This document shows positions 51,906 to 61,268 of a stretch of DNA of 64,000 bases, piece by piece. The position numbers and the translations under genes are program-made. The stretch comes from Candidatus Poribacteria bacterium (lineage in GTDB: Bacteria > Poribacteria > WGA-4E > PCPOR2b). The notes under the pieces are model-generated. The model was not told the DNA's origin. It searched no databases and was given only the letters and a program-made list of their open reading frames with translations. Position 1 is the stretch's first letter. Each line of letters begins with the position of its first letter. Location of the stretch: positions 1,408,001 to 1,472,000 of the forward strand of contig OZ244587.1 of the NCBI GenBank assembly GCA_965218095.1, in the 5' to 3' direction.

Positions 51906-52108
51906 CGAGAAGAACTGCAACTCGGGAAGGTCATTGAAATCCCAATGTTCCACTGTAAGAGGGCGTTGGAGCAGCAGAGTGTTGAGACGTTGAAGGACAT
52001 ATCCCCCAACACCCCATTGCCCCATTACCAGTTCTCCAATCCCCTAATACCACCGTTAGACTACAGACTAGCATACCTTTCCCAACCACAGACAGGAGGA
52101 ATTATCCC

Positions 52109-53680
52109 ATGCCAGAACCACGCATCATGTTCTACCACGACGGACGCCACCCGCACATCTACCGCTACGAGCCGCCCATGCAGAAGGAAGAGTACCAGGC
52201 TTGCATTGACGAGTTGGTGGGCACACCGATTGAAGCTGTGATGTTCTGCCTGGGAGAAGGACGTACGGTTCTGCACGACACGAAGGTGGGCGAGTTGCTG
52301 GGCCACAATGTGGACCAGTGGGACCACCTCGTCTTCCGACGCGCCCACCAGAACGCTAGATGCCTAATCGAGGAGGGGAACGACCCCCTGCGGATCGTGT
52401 GCGAGCGGGCGCACAAAAAGGGCATTCTGCTCTACCCCACTTTGCTTGTGCAGAATTTTGGACCGGAGACCGCGTCGGTGCGCTGTTCGAATTTTCGTCT
52501 GGAGAACCCACAGATGGAAATCCGCGTCCACGGGGATCTCGACCCCGAAATGCCGTGGATCGACGGACTCGACTTCAAGCACCGGGAAGTCCAAGACGAG
52601 CGTTTTGCCCTGATCGAAGAAACGCTGAACGAGTATCCGGTTGACGGATTTGAATTGCAGATGAATAACTATCCACGTTTCTTCCACCCCGACGAGGTAG
52701 AGGCGGGAATCGGCGTGATGACCGACTGGATTGGGCGGGTGTACGAGGCGGTCAAAAAGAGCGGCGCGGAACGGGAATTGGCTATCCGCGTCCCGTGCAG
52801 CCTGGAGGATGCGTTGTCTGTCGGACTAGATCTGCAAGAGTGGATACGGCGGGAAATTGTGGACGTCCTCATCGGCGAACCGTTCTCGGGCCCGCACCGG
52901 ATAGATCCGAATACCGATTTTCGTCCGCTGGCAGCGGCGATAAAGGGCTCGGCGTGTCGCTTTCTCGCCGCCATTCACAGCCATGTAGACTCCGACCGGC
53001 TGGCTGAAGCGCCTATTTCTATGGTCCGGGCGGCCGTCTGCAATTACTGGGATCAGGATATCGATGGGCTCTATCTAGCACAGTGGTTTCCCCACTGGCC
53101 CTATCAGGCGGACTTCTATGAAAGGCTACGCGAGATACCGCATCCCGACATCATGGCGGCAAAGGACAAGTACTACTATATCCCTACCGAGAACGCCCGT
53201 TCCCTCGAGCCCTGGGCACCCACGCAACTGCCGGTCAAGATAGCAGTGGATGAGCCAGTCACGGTAGAGTTTGCCATCAGCGACAATCTGCCGCGCTGGG
53301 ACCGGGTAGGCCGGGTGCACGAAGTATTACTGAGGGTAGGAATCGCCGGCACCACGGAGTTAGATCGCATCGGCTTCAAGCTCAACGGGAAGGTTTTGCC
53401 AGAGAATATTCTGCGCAAGATTAATCAGATGTACCGGATGAGCGGACCGCGCAACCGCTCGGGGCCAACCTACTGGTTCGTCTTTCGACTTGATCGAGAG
53501 CGCTGGCCCCGGCAAGGGGAAAACGTGCTGGAAGTTTCGCTGCTTGAGCGCGATCCGGATGTGCTTCCCGGCGTGTCCCTCCGCGATGTCGAACTGGAAG
53601 TCAAATACTTGATGGGCAAGAACTTCCACCGCGGGTATGTGGATGCAGACCTGGGCCCTTGTGAGCATGCAGCGTCGTAG
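52109..53680 (+). CDS. Second GHL10-like TIM-barrel protein
   Basis: MFYHDGRH, G.DPL, LDF.H.EV, PVDGFEL, DGLY, RQGENVLEV; AGGAGG RBS. Confidence 0.75.
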   Translation: MPEPRIMFYHDGRHPHIYRYEPPMQKEEYQACIDELVGTPIEAVMFCLGEGRTVLHDTKVGELLGHNVDQWDHLVFRRAHQNARCLIEEGNDPLRIVCERAHKKGILLYPTLLVQNFGPETASVRCSNFRLENPQMEIRVHGDLDPEMPWIDGLDFKHREVQDERFALIEETLNEYPVDGFELQMNNYPRFFHPDEVEAGIGVMTDWIGRVYEAVKKSGAERELAIRVPCSLEDALSVGLDLQEWIRREIVDVLIGEPFSGPHRIDPNTDFRPLAAAIKGSACRFLAAIHSHVDSDRLAEAPISMVRAAVCNYWDQDIDGLYLAQWFPHWPYQADFYERLREIPHPDIMAAKDKYYYIPTENARSLEPWAPTQLPVKIAVDEPVTVEFAISDNLPRWDRVGRVHEVLLRVGIAGTTELDRIGFKLNGKVLPENILRKINQMYRMSGPRNRSGPTYWFVFRLDRERWPRQGENVLEVSLLERDPDVLPGVSLRDVELEVKYLMGKNFHRGYVDADLGPCEHAAS

Positions 53681-54081
53681 GTCTTGTATCTCTTTGTGAG
53701 AATCCGGATGACTGTTTATCGAAAGTAATTGCTGTCCGATTTCACCCCTGTGAATCAACATTCATGAAGGTTCACAGTTTTCAGTAACCCGACATCTTAT
53801 GAACGTTTTTGAGATGGTTGAAACCCCCGCAGAGAGTGGGGGTATACGCAATCTTGCAACGGGTGTCATGTAGTTCTTGGCTTTTCAACCGGCCCAATAT
53901 CTTATACCGCGTCCATATCTACACGCTTTAATCTCAGTATTGGAATTGTTCACAGCTACAAACAGAAGTGGCAGCGGCAGAAGCAGTGGCAGCTATCCTT
54001 TGACTGCGACTGCCAATTGGGTTAGTAGTCGGTTGATCGAAAATTGATATTACAAATTGAAACACCCGTTAAGAGCGTGTG

Positions 54082-54114
54082 TGAACCTTCCGACGGAACC
54101 CGTCGGAAGGTTCA
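54082..54114. repeat. 33-bp hairpin between convergent genes
   Basis: TGAACCTTCCGACGG-AAC-CCGTCGGAAGGTTCA. Confidence 0.75.
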
Positions 54115-54201
54115 TTTTGAGGTGAGTTCGTCGAGCGGTTGAGAGGACTAACTCCTTTTTTCGCGCAATCGTTATCCAATCATTTCAAGTCTCGAAACCC
54201 C

Positions 54202-55011
54202 TTAAACATCGTCAGGCGGAGAAGGTACATTATCTTGACAGTAGACTGGGCGGAAAAGGGTTTGGCGTTTGAACGGCATCTCGGCGAGATGTTTCGGATG
54301 AGGTTCCCACTTGTGCCACTTGGCGCCGACACCGTTGTAGCAATTGAAGATGGCGACCCGATCAAGCGCATCGTCCTCCCACCGTGCGCCGGTGTGGGTG
54401 ATCGCTTCCGTGAAAAACAGCACCGAGCCCGCTGGGCAGGAATAATCTTCCCAGAGCAGACAATCCCGATTTTGCGTCGACTTTGGCGGTGGGAAAGCGC
54501 CTTTGTGGCTGCCGGTCAGAAATAGCGTTCCACCGCCGCCTTTTTTGACTGGATTCAGTTCCCACACAACCCGCGTCAATCCACTGTGAGCCTTATCGTA
54601 ACGCAGATGATAGGTGTGTGAATTGCCGGGAAAATTCAACATTCCACGTCCACCGTGGGGGTTGAAATTGTCATGCCCTTTTGATCTGATCGTCAGGAAA
54701 GTGCCCTCAAAGCGGAAACCGTAGCAGTCCTCGCTCGCGTAACCAGACGCAACAAACTCGTTCATGAAGCCGAGGACAATCGGGTGATCGGTCAACTTTT
54801 CGAGTGGACCACCGATTGATGATCGCTGATGCTCCGGGATCGAATCTTGATCTTGTTGCAAGCGGTAACAAAAGTCACGCATCTCGCTGATCTCGTCATC
54901 AGTCAACACGCCGGGGATCGCGATCCAACCTCGCGTATCGAAAATGAACTTCTGATCCTCGGTAAATTCGATTGACAGTTTGTTATCGGCATTAGTTTTG
55001 GGTAAAGCCAT
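54202..55011 (-). CDS. PhyH-like Fe/2-oxoglutarate oxygenase with HGG motif
   Basis: FDTRGW..IPGVL, PHGG, VVWEL..V, GGT.FL.GSHK, AGSVLFFTEAITH; AAGGAGG RBS. Confidence 0.82.
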   Translation of the reverse strand: MALPKTNADNKLSIEFTEDQKFIFDTRGWIAIPGVLTDDEISEMRDFCYRLQQDQDSIPEHQRSSIGGPLEKLTDHPIVLGFMNEFVASGYASEDCYGFRFEGTFLTIRSKGHDNFNPHGGRGMLNFPGNSHTYHLRYDKAHSGLTRVVWELNPVKKGGGGTLFLTGSHKGAFPPPKSTQNRDCLLWEDYSCPAGSVLFFTEAITHTGARWEDDALDRVAIFNCYNGVGAKWHKWEPHPKHLAEMPFKRQTLFRPVYCQDNVPSPPDDV

Positions 55012-55097
55012 AAAAATACCTCCTTCATTCCGAGTTTCGTAATTCACCGCAATCCCAAATTTGTGATGGCCTAGAGCATGGTGGCGTAAGTTCTTGA

Positions 55098-55166
55098 CCC
55101 CCTCTAACTCTCCCTGGAAGGGGGAGAACCGATTTCTCATCCCTTCGTAGGGGAGGCTGGGAGGGA
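55098..55166. repeat. CCCCTC/GAGGG-type intergenic palindromic repeat
   Basis: CCCCCTCTAACTCTCCC...GGGGAGA...CCCTTCGTAGGGGAGGCTGGGAGGG. Confidence 0.5.
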
Positions 55167-55293
55167 TCACTTCTCGTGTACTAGCTGCATGTGCGCCTTT
55201 AACCCTGCCCATCCGTCCACTTCCGGCGAGCGGCGGTCACGAACCGCATACAAAAAGTCGCAACACTCCATCTCTAGCGCTTGGTCATCTCTT

Positions 55294-56109
55294 TCAGGCA
55301 TGTGGCCAGAACTGATTCCACGCGGTCATCCAATTCTTTGCCTTGCTTTCAACAGTCAGTGGGCCCGTAATCTCGACACCGGGGCGTCCCTTAAACTCGG
55401 CGAGCTTATCGACGCTTACCACTTCAATCTTGATCGTCGTTGGCCAGTCCGGCACATAAGGCCCAGTTACGGTAAGATCCTTCAGGGCGTTCTGGGCAGC
55501 GTTTTCAATCATCTGCCGAGCGCGAACCGGCGCAATTTGCCGGGCGCTGAATCGGCTGAGGCCTTTCTTCACCGCCACAGTGGGAAGGTCCTCGCCGAGG
55601 AGTTCCTTCGCCTCCCGACAAACCGCCTCATCGCCCGTCACCAACACCACGGGGACACCGTAGTGGCCATTAAGCGCGGCATTGACGCCGGTCTCACCGA
55701 CCAGATCGTCGTTGAACCAGAGGTTCCTGTATTGAACGCCCGAGATGGTATGACACAGAACCCCATCCGGCGTGCCGCTGCGGGCATGCATCCCAATGAG
55801 CAAACAAGCGTCGCATCCGTTCTCCCACATCTCAGTATAGCGACCCCATTCATGATGGGCGACCCATTCGCAATCGGGGTCGAGCATATCGGGAATCAAT
55901 GAGTTAAACGTCCATCCCTTCCCGGCGCCATGGCAATCAACCACAACGATCTGCGTGGCGCCTGCGGCCTTCGCGCCTCGAACAGCGGCGTTGATCTCCT
56001 CAGTATAGAGTTTGCGTCCTTCTTCAAACATGTCCGCCCCGCCGCCGACCTGCTCCCACACAACGATACCACTCACACCTTCCATGTCGCACATGATAAG
56101 CACTCGCAT
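55294..56109 (-). CDS. M55-family D-aminopeptidase (DppA-like)
   Basis: DMEG, DCHG, IGMHA, HT, GE, VTGD. Confidence 0.92.
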   Translation of the reverse strand: MRVLIMCDMEGVSGIVVWEQVGGGADMFEEGRKLYTEEINAAVRGAKAAGATQIVVVDCHGAGKGWTFNSLIPDMLDPDCEWVAHHEWGRYTEMWENGCDACLLIGMHARSGTPDGVLCHTISGVQYRNLWFNDDLVGETGVNAALNGHYGVPVVLVTGDEAVCREAKELLGEDLPTVAVKKGLSRFSARQIAPVRARQMIENAAQNALKDLTVTGPYVPDWPTTIKIEVVSVDKLAEFKGRPGVEITGPLTVESKAKNWMTAWNQFWPHA

Positions 56110-56332
56110 TGTTACCCTCCTTCAACAAATAGTGATGCATGTTGTGTAATGCATAGCATGTAATGCGTGATGCATATCGCATAAAATTTCCCACGTTTCA
56201 CGATTATATCTTAGCATAAATGTATCTGTTTTTCACCAGAAATGTGCGGTGACAGCTTGATGCTGCGAATTTTTGGACCTGATGGGGCTTTACGGAAGCG
56301 ATATATCAAGTTTCTACGCTTTACGTTTCACT

Positions 56333-56361
56333 TTGCCATAAAGCTCAATGTTTGGTATACT
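56333..56361 (+). promoter_or_regulatory. Sigma70 promoter for the TPR-ltaE unit
   Basis: TTGCCA-17 nt-TATACT with TG extension. Confidence 0.7.
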
Positions 56362-56516
56362 ATAATCTGTTGCTGGTGGTTTGCTAATTAAGCATCTCGT
56401 TTGAGCGTATGTTTCCGCAAATGTGCTCACGCCGGAACCAAAGAATTTCTCTAGACCTTCAAGCATCGAAACATGGGTAAATCAACAAATCGCTCACGGT
56501 TCTTGGTTCATCGACC

Positions 56517-57095
56517 ATGAGCGAATCAACTATATCCGAAGGAGGTTTGTTTGAAATGGCTGATATTACGGATGATGAAGTAACAATGGACGAATCGGAA
56601 GAAACAATAGAAGAAACAATAGAGGAAACAATAGAGGAAATGGACGAATCGGAAGAAACGACAGAAGAAGCGGAGAGTTCTTCCTTAGAAGCCCTTGGCG
56701 ATGATTTACTGTTCCTACGTGGCGACAACATGAGTTTTTATCTGGCTTCCAAAGCATACTATGAAGATCAAAACTACGAGGAAGCAATCGAGAAATATCA
56801 AGCCGCCATCGAATATGAAAAATCACAGTCCCAGGATTCCCTGAAGCTGGCAGACTCGTCGGAGGATTCAGAAGAGAAAACACAGGAAAAAGAACCAAAC
56901 GACGTGATCGCCAAATCCATGTACTGGCTAGGGGAGTCTTATGTAAAAACAAACCAAACTAACCCGGCACTTAAGACGTTTGAGCAGTTAGCAAGTAACT
57001 TGAGTGAACACTATCTTGGGATAGCGGCTCAACGACGAGTCGCCACACTCAACGCAGATAATCCGACTTTTCGTGAAGGAAGTGAGTCTGTGTGA
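56517..57095 (+). CDS. Acidic TPR-like protein with EETI repeats
   Basis: AYY..QNYEEAIEKYQ and SMYWLGESY...AL..FEQL helical repeats; start may be the ATG after GGAGG near 56556. Confidence 0.75.
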   Translation: MSESTISEGGLFEMADITDDEVTMDESEETIEETIEETIEEMDESEETTEEAESSSLEALGDDLLFLRGDNMSFYLASKAYYEDQNYEEAIEKYQAAIEYEKSQSQDSLKLADSSEDSEEKTQEKEPNDVIAKSMYWLGESYVKTNQTNPALKTFEQLASNLSEHYLGIAAQRRVATLNADNPTFREGSESV

Positions 57096-58150
57096 TGGAC
57101 AGGATAATTGACCTGCGAAGTGATACGGTTACCAAACCCACCCGAAAGATGCGCGAAGCCATGCTGAATTCAGAGGTCGGCGATGATTGCTATGGAGAAG
57201 ATCCGACCGTTCAGCGTCTCGAAGCACTGGTGGCTGAGAAGGTCGGCAAAGAAGCTGCGATGTATGTCCCTACCGGCACAATGGGAAATACCGCCGCCAT
57301 TCTCGCGCACACTCATGCCGGTGATTATGCCATTGTGGATGCAGAATGCCATATCTACTACTACGAACATGGCAGTTTGTCGTCGTTGGCAGGGGTCATG
57401 CCGATTGTGCTCGACAGCGTGGATGGCGTTCCTGAACCTGATGAAGTTGAACCCTATCTGCAGCGCGATCCTGCCAAATTTCCTAAAACGAGGCTGATCT
57501 GTTTGGAAAACACGCATAACCGTCGCGGCGGTCGAGCTGTCACATTGGATCGGATGGGGGCGATGCATCAATTGGCGCAAAGATATGATGTCCCGGTTCA
57601 CTTAGATGGCGCCCGGATTTTCAATGCTGCACACGCACTGGGCGTCGAAGCCCGGGAGATTGCAAGCCACGTCGATTCAGTGATGTTCTGCCTATCAAAA
57701 GGGTTGTGCGCTCCGGTTGGATCCATGCTCGCTGGAGAGGCGGATTTTATCCAGAAGGCGCGACATGCTCGGAAACGGCTCGGCGGTGGCATGCGACAGT
57801 CGGGCGTGCTTGCCGCCGCCGGTATTGTTGCGCTAACGGAGATGACCAATCGACTCGGCGAAGATCACGCCAACGCAAAACTCTTGGCGAAAGCGTTATC
57901 CCAATTTGACGAACTGGATTTGGGCCCAGCGGACGTTCATACCAACATGGTTTTTGTCAAAACAAAACCACTGGGCATCTCCGCCGCGGATTTTGCTGAT
58001 CGCGTCCTCCAACACGGACTTAAAGTCTCTGTTTATGGACCAACGACCGTCCGAATGGTGGCAAACCACGATGTGAGTCGTGAGGACGTGCTGTACGCCG
58101 CGGAGGTGTTGGTGGATTTGGTCAAATCCCTTCTGCTTCGGAGACCTTGA
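57092..58150 (+). CDS. ltaE: Low-specificity L-threonine aldolase
   Basis: DLRSDTVT, LENTHN, HLDGARIFNA, CLSKGL.APVGS. Confidence 0.94.
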   Translation: MMDRIIDLRSDTVTKPTRKMREAMLNSEVGDDCYGEDPTVQRLEALVAEKVGKEAAMYVPTGTMGNTAAILAHTHAGDYAIVDAECHIYYYEHGSLSSLAGVMPIVLDSVDGVPEPDEVEPYLQRDPAKFPKTRLICLENTHNRRGGRAVTLDRMGAMHQLAQRYDVPVHLDGARIFNAAHALGVEAREIASHVDSVMFCLSKGLCAPVGSMLAGEADFIQKARHARKRLGGGMRQSGVLAAAGIVALTEMTNRLGEDHANAKLLAKALSQFDELDLGPADVHTNMVFVKTKPLGISAADFADRVLQHGLKVSVYGPTTVRMVANHDVSREDVLYAAEVLVDLVKSLLLRRP

Positions 58151-58174
58151 AAAGGTTCAAAACCTTTTCAAGGT
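58144..58174. repeat. Palindrome of the 33-bp family supplying the ltaE stop codon
   Basis: ACCTTGAAAAGGTT-CAA-AACCTTTTCAAGGT. Confidence 0.8.
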
Positions 58175-58516
58175 TTGATGACGCTCAGATTGAAAAGGAA
58201 AATGGCAGCACAAATCATTGAAGAAAATGATGGTATGAAAAAGAAATAACGAATACAATAGTACTTACCTTTCGCATTATTTCCTTTTACGTTTTCACCC
58301 TCCCCCCCGGCCCCTCTCCCGTCAAGTTGCTTTGAATCCCGATCCCATCGGGGCAGGAACTTGGGAACGAGGGCAAACCTGCGAAATCAAATGAGATGAC
58401 CTACCGCCGCCTCTCAACTATGCACCCAAAGGGAACTAACAGTGGCGCCTCTGCCGGATGTGCTGGCGCCGACATGGGGGAGATTCAACAACCCACGGAT
58501 TGACTCCATAAGTCGT

Positions 58517-60463
58517 ATGAGCAGCGCATTTCAATCCCCTCAGAATCCATTCACCCTTCGTGCAATCACCATCGGTGTGATTGGGTCGTTGATCATCAGC
58601 ATCGGAACCACCTATAACCTGATGGTGATTCACGGCTCCTACATGGCAATCGACTTCAGCGCGGCGGCGGCAATTTTCCTGTTCTTTGTCCTGACGTTTA
58701 TCGTCAATCCGACGCTTAATCGTGTGAAAGCTACGTCGGCGCTCAGAACCGGAGAACTCAAAACGATCTACGTCATGCTGCTGGTTGCCTGTGCGATTCC
58801 AACGATGGGGCTCAGCGCCCAACTCCTCCCAATCGTAACGGCGCCGTTCTACTTTGCCACGCCGGAAAATAGTTGGGCGGAAATGATCCAACCGCACATC
58901 AAGCCGTGGCTCATTCCACATGGCGAGTCAGGGATCAAATACTTCTACGAAGGGCTACCGCGTTGGGAAAGTCGCATTCCCTGGGGGCTCTGGATCAGGC
59001 CGCTGCTGATCTGGGGCAGTTTCCTGACCGTGCTCTACTTCGTGATGATCTGTATGATGGTCATCTTGCGGCGGCAGTGGCTGGAGCGAGAAAGGCTTGT
59101 CTACCCACTTGCGCAGCTCCCGCTGGAGATGGCATATCGAGAAAATGGGTTGCTGCTCAACCCCTTCTTCAGAAGCCGTCTGATGTGGCTGGGGTTCGGC
59201 ATTGCTTTTGGCGTGAGCAGCCTGAAAGGGCTTCACTTTTACAATCCCCTTATCCCGTCCTTCAACATGGTACAGAGCCATCTCATCTTCCGAGATACAA
59301 CCCATCTCATCTTCCGCCTGAGTTTCCCAATGCTCGGCTTCTTCTATCTCGTGAATCTTGATGTCGCATTTAGTATGTGGTTTTTCAGTTGGTTGAGCTT
59401 GATGGTACGCGGATTTATGGTCTATTTCGGTTATCGGATGACCGAAAATCTGGGCATTTATGGCTCGCCTTCGCCGCTCTTTGCGCATCTGGGAATGGGA
59501 GCAATCACCGTACTGGTCGTGGCTGGATTTTGGACGGGACAGGAACATATCAAAGCGGTGCTTCGCAAAGTATTTCTCAACGATTCGTCCATTGACGATT
59601 CCGATGAAATGCTTTCTTACCGCGCCGCCGCCTGGGGCATGATCTGTGGGCTAATTTACATGGGATTGTGGTTGAACGCAACCGGAATTCCGCCGGTGAT
59701 GGTTGTTGTTTTCCTGCTTGCCACATTTGTGATTTTCATTGGGCTGACGCGGATGGTCGCCGAAAGCGGTATGGCAGAAGCGGTGGCTTCAACAATCGGA
59801 TCTTCTTTTGTGGTTTCAAGTTTTGGTGTGAATCGGCTGGGAGCAGAAGGCTTGACGGGGTTGGGGCTGACTTACGTCTGGTCGGCGGACGTCCGCACAT
59901 TCGTGATGGCATCCGCAGCAAACGGGCTGAAAGTCATCAACGATGAGGGGGGACACAAACGCCCGTTGTTCTGGGCGATGATGTTAGCCGTGCTCGTCTG
60001 CATGATTTCATCGATCTGGATGCTGCTTCGGCTATCTTACGTTCATGGTGGGCTGAATGGGAATCGCTGGTTTTATGGCGGCGGTGCGAGAGCGCCTTAT
60101 AACTATATTATCACACTACTGATGCAGCCGACGGACGTGAATTGGCTCGGCTGGTGGATCAAAGGGATCGGCGCAGGGATTATGGGTTTGCTCATGTTTT
60201 TGCGATCCCGTCTGTTATGGTGGCCGATGCACCCAATCGGATTTGCCATTGGACCGATTTGGATGATGGATCAGATCTGGTTCACTGTTTTTCTGGCGTG
60301 GCTTCTCAAGCTTTGTATTCTCAAGTATGGCGGCTTTAAACACTACCGTCAGGCACGTCCAATGTTTCTTGGATTGATCTTGGGGCAGTTCACTTGCAAC
60401 GGTTTTTGGATTTTCGTAGACTTACTAACAGGGCAGAAAGGCAATCAGATCTTTTGGATCTAG
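58517..60463 (+). CDS. Large polytopic membrane protein (DUF6785/DUF6784-like, putative transporter)
   Basis: Many hydrophobic segments; RRQW...E.L.YPL, WWP.HPIG and P.F.GLILG motifs. Confidence 0.78.
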   Translation: MSSAFQSPQNPFTLRAITIGVIGSLIISIGTTYNLMVIHGSYMAIDFSAAAAIFLFFVLTFIVNPTLNRVKATSALRTGELKTIYVMLLVACAIPTMGLSAQLLPIVTAPFYFATPENSWAEMIQPHIKPWLIPHGESGIKYFYEGLPRWESRIPWGLWIRPLLIWGSFLTVLYFVMICMMVILRRQWLERERLVYPLAQLPLEMAYRENGLLLNPFFRSRLMWLGFGIAFGVSSLKGLHFYNPLIPSFNMVQSHLIFRDTTHLIFRLSFPMLGFFYLVNLDVAFSMWFFSWLSLMVRGFMVYFGYRMTENLGIYGSPSPLFAHLGMGAITVLVVAGFWTGQEHIKAVLRKVFLNDSSIDDSDEMLSYRAAAWGMICGLIYMGLWLNATGIPPVMVVVFLLATFVIFIGLTRMVAESGMAEAVASTIGSSFVVSSFGVNRLGAEGLTGLGLTYVWSADVRTFVMASAANGLKVINDEGGHKRPLFWAMMLAVLVCMISSIWMLLRLSYVHGGLNGNRWFYGGGARAPYNYIITLLMQPTDVNWLGWWIKGIGAGIMGLLMFLRSRLLWWPMHPIGFAIGPIWMMDQIWFTVFLAWLLKLCILKYGGFKHYRQARPMFLGLILGQFTCNGFWIFVDLLTGQKGNQIFWI

Positions 60464-60473
60464 GTATTGAATG

Positions 60474-61268
60474 TCAAATGCCTTCATTTCCCATTTCCTC
60501 ACGCTTCCGATTCAGAAACGCCTCCAGCCCCTGTTGAACCTCCGGTGTCGTGAAACAGGTCGATAACGCCAACGCTTCGTAGGAGATCTCGAATCCGTTC
60601 TCCGGCACCGGATTTCGGGTCAGCGCGGCTTTGGCGGCTCTCACAGCGACAGAGCTTTTCTTCGCCAGCGACTCGGCAATCTTCCTCACTTCATCTATCA
60701 AGGCTTCCTTCGGGACAACGCGATTCACCAATCCCACGTTGAGGGCAGTTCGCGCATCAATCCGTTCACCCAGAAAAACCATCTCCTTCGCCTTTGCTTC
60801 GCCGATGAGGTGCAGCAGGCGATGCGTGCCGCCCCACCCGGGAAACCAGCCGTGCGTAATCTCTGGGACGCCGAAGCTCGACCCCTCCGACGTGATCCGC
60901 AAATCACACGCCAGTGCAAACTCAAGTCCGCCGCCAACTGCGTAACCATTGATCGCGGCAATCACGGGGACCGGCAGACTCGCCAGCCGACTGAGGACAC
61001 GATTTCCATCGATAACCCAGGTGCGGATATCTGCGGGGCCAAAGGTCGCAATTTGGTTGAGATCAGCCCCCACGCAGAAGGCGCGGTCTCCACTTCCTGT
61101 GAGGACAACCACACGCCCCGACGCATCACGGTGAAGGCGAGCGACTTCTGCGTCGAGTGCATCCAGCATTTCGCGGTCGACAGCGTTGAGTTTTTCTGGA
61201 CGGTTTAATTGGATTGTGGCTATTCCATCCGTTTGATGCACAAAGATCTTGGCACCTGTTTCGGTCAT
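60474..61268 (-). CDS. Enoyl-CoA hydratase/isomerase
   Basis: LNRP.KLNA, AFCVGADL, GGGLE.ALACD, PE...G..PG.GGT. Confidence 0.93.
   Translation of the reverse strand: MTETGAKIFVHQTDGIATIQLNRPEKLNAVDREMLDALDAEVARLHRDASGRVVVLTGSGDRAFCVGADLNQIATFGPADIRTWVIDGNRVLSRLASLPVPVIAAINGYAVGGGLEFALACDLRITSEGSSFGVPEITHGWFPGWGGTHRLLHLIGEAKAKEMVFLGERIDARTALNVGLVNRVVPKEALIDEVRKIAESLAKKSSVAVRAAKAALTRNPVPENGFEISYEALALSTCFTTPEVQQGLEAFLNRKREEMGNEGI

Noticed and set aside
53858-54070. Possible MITE bounded by AACGGGTGT/ACACCCGTT
   Set aside because: Only a 9-bp match and no target duplication.
55189-55902. 237-aa plus-strand ORF
   Set aside because: Antisense to the M55 peptidase gene.
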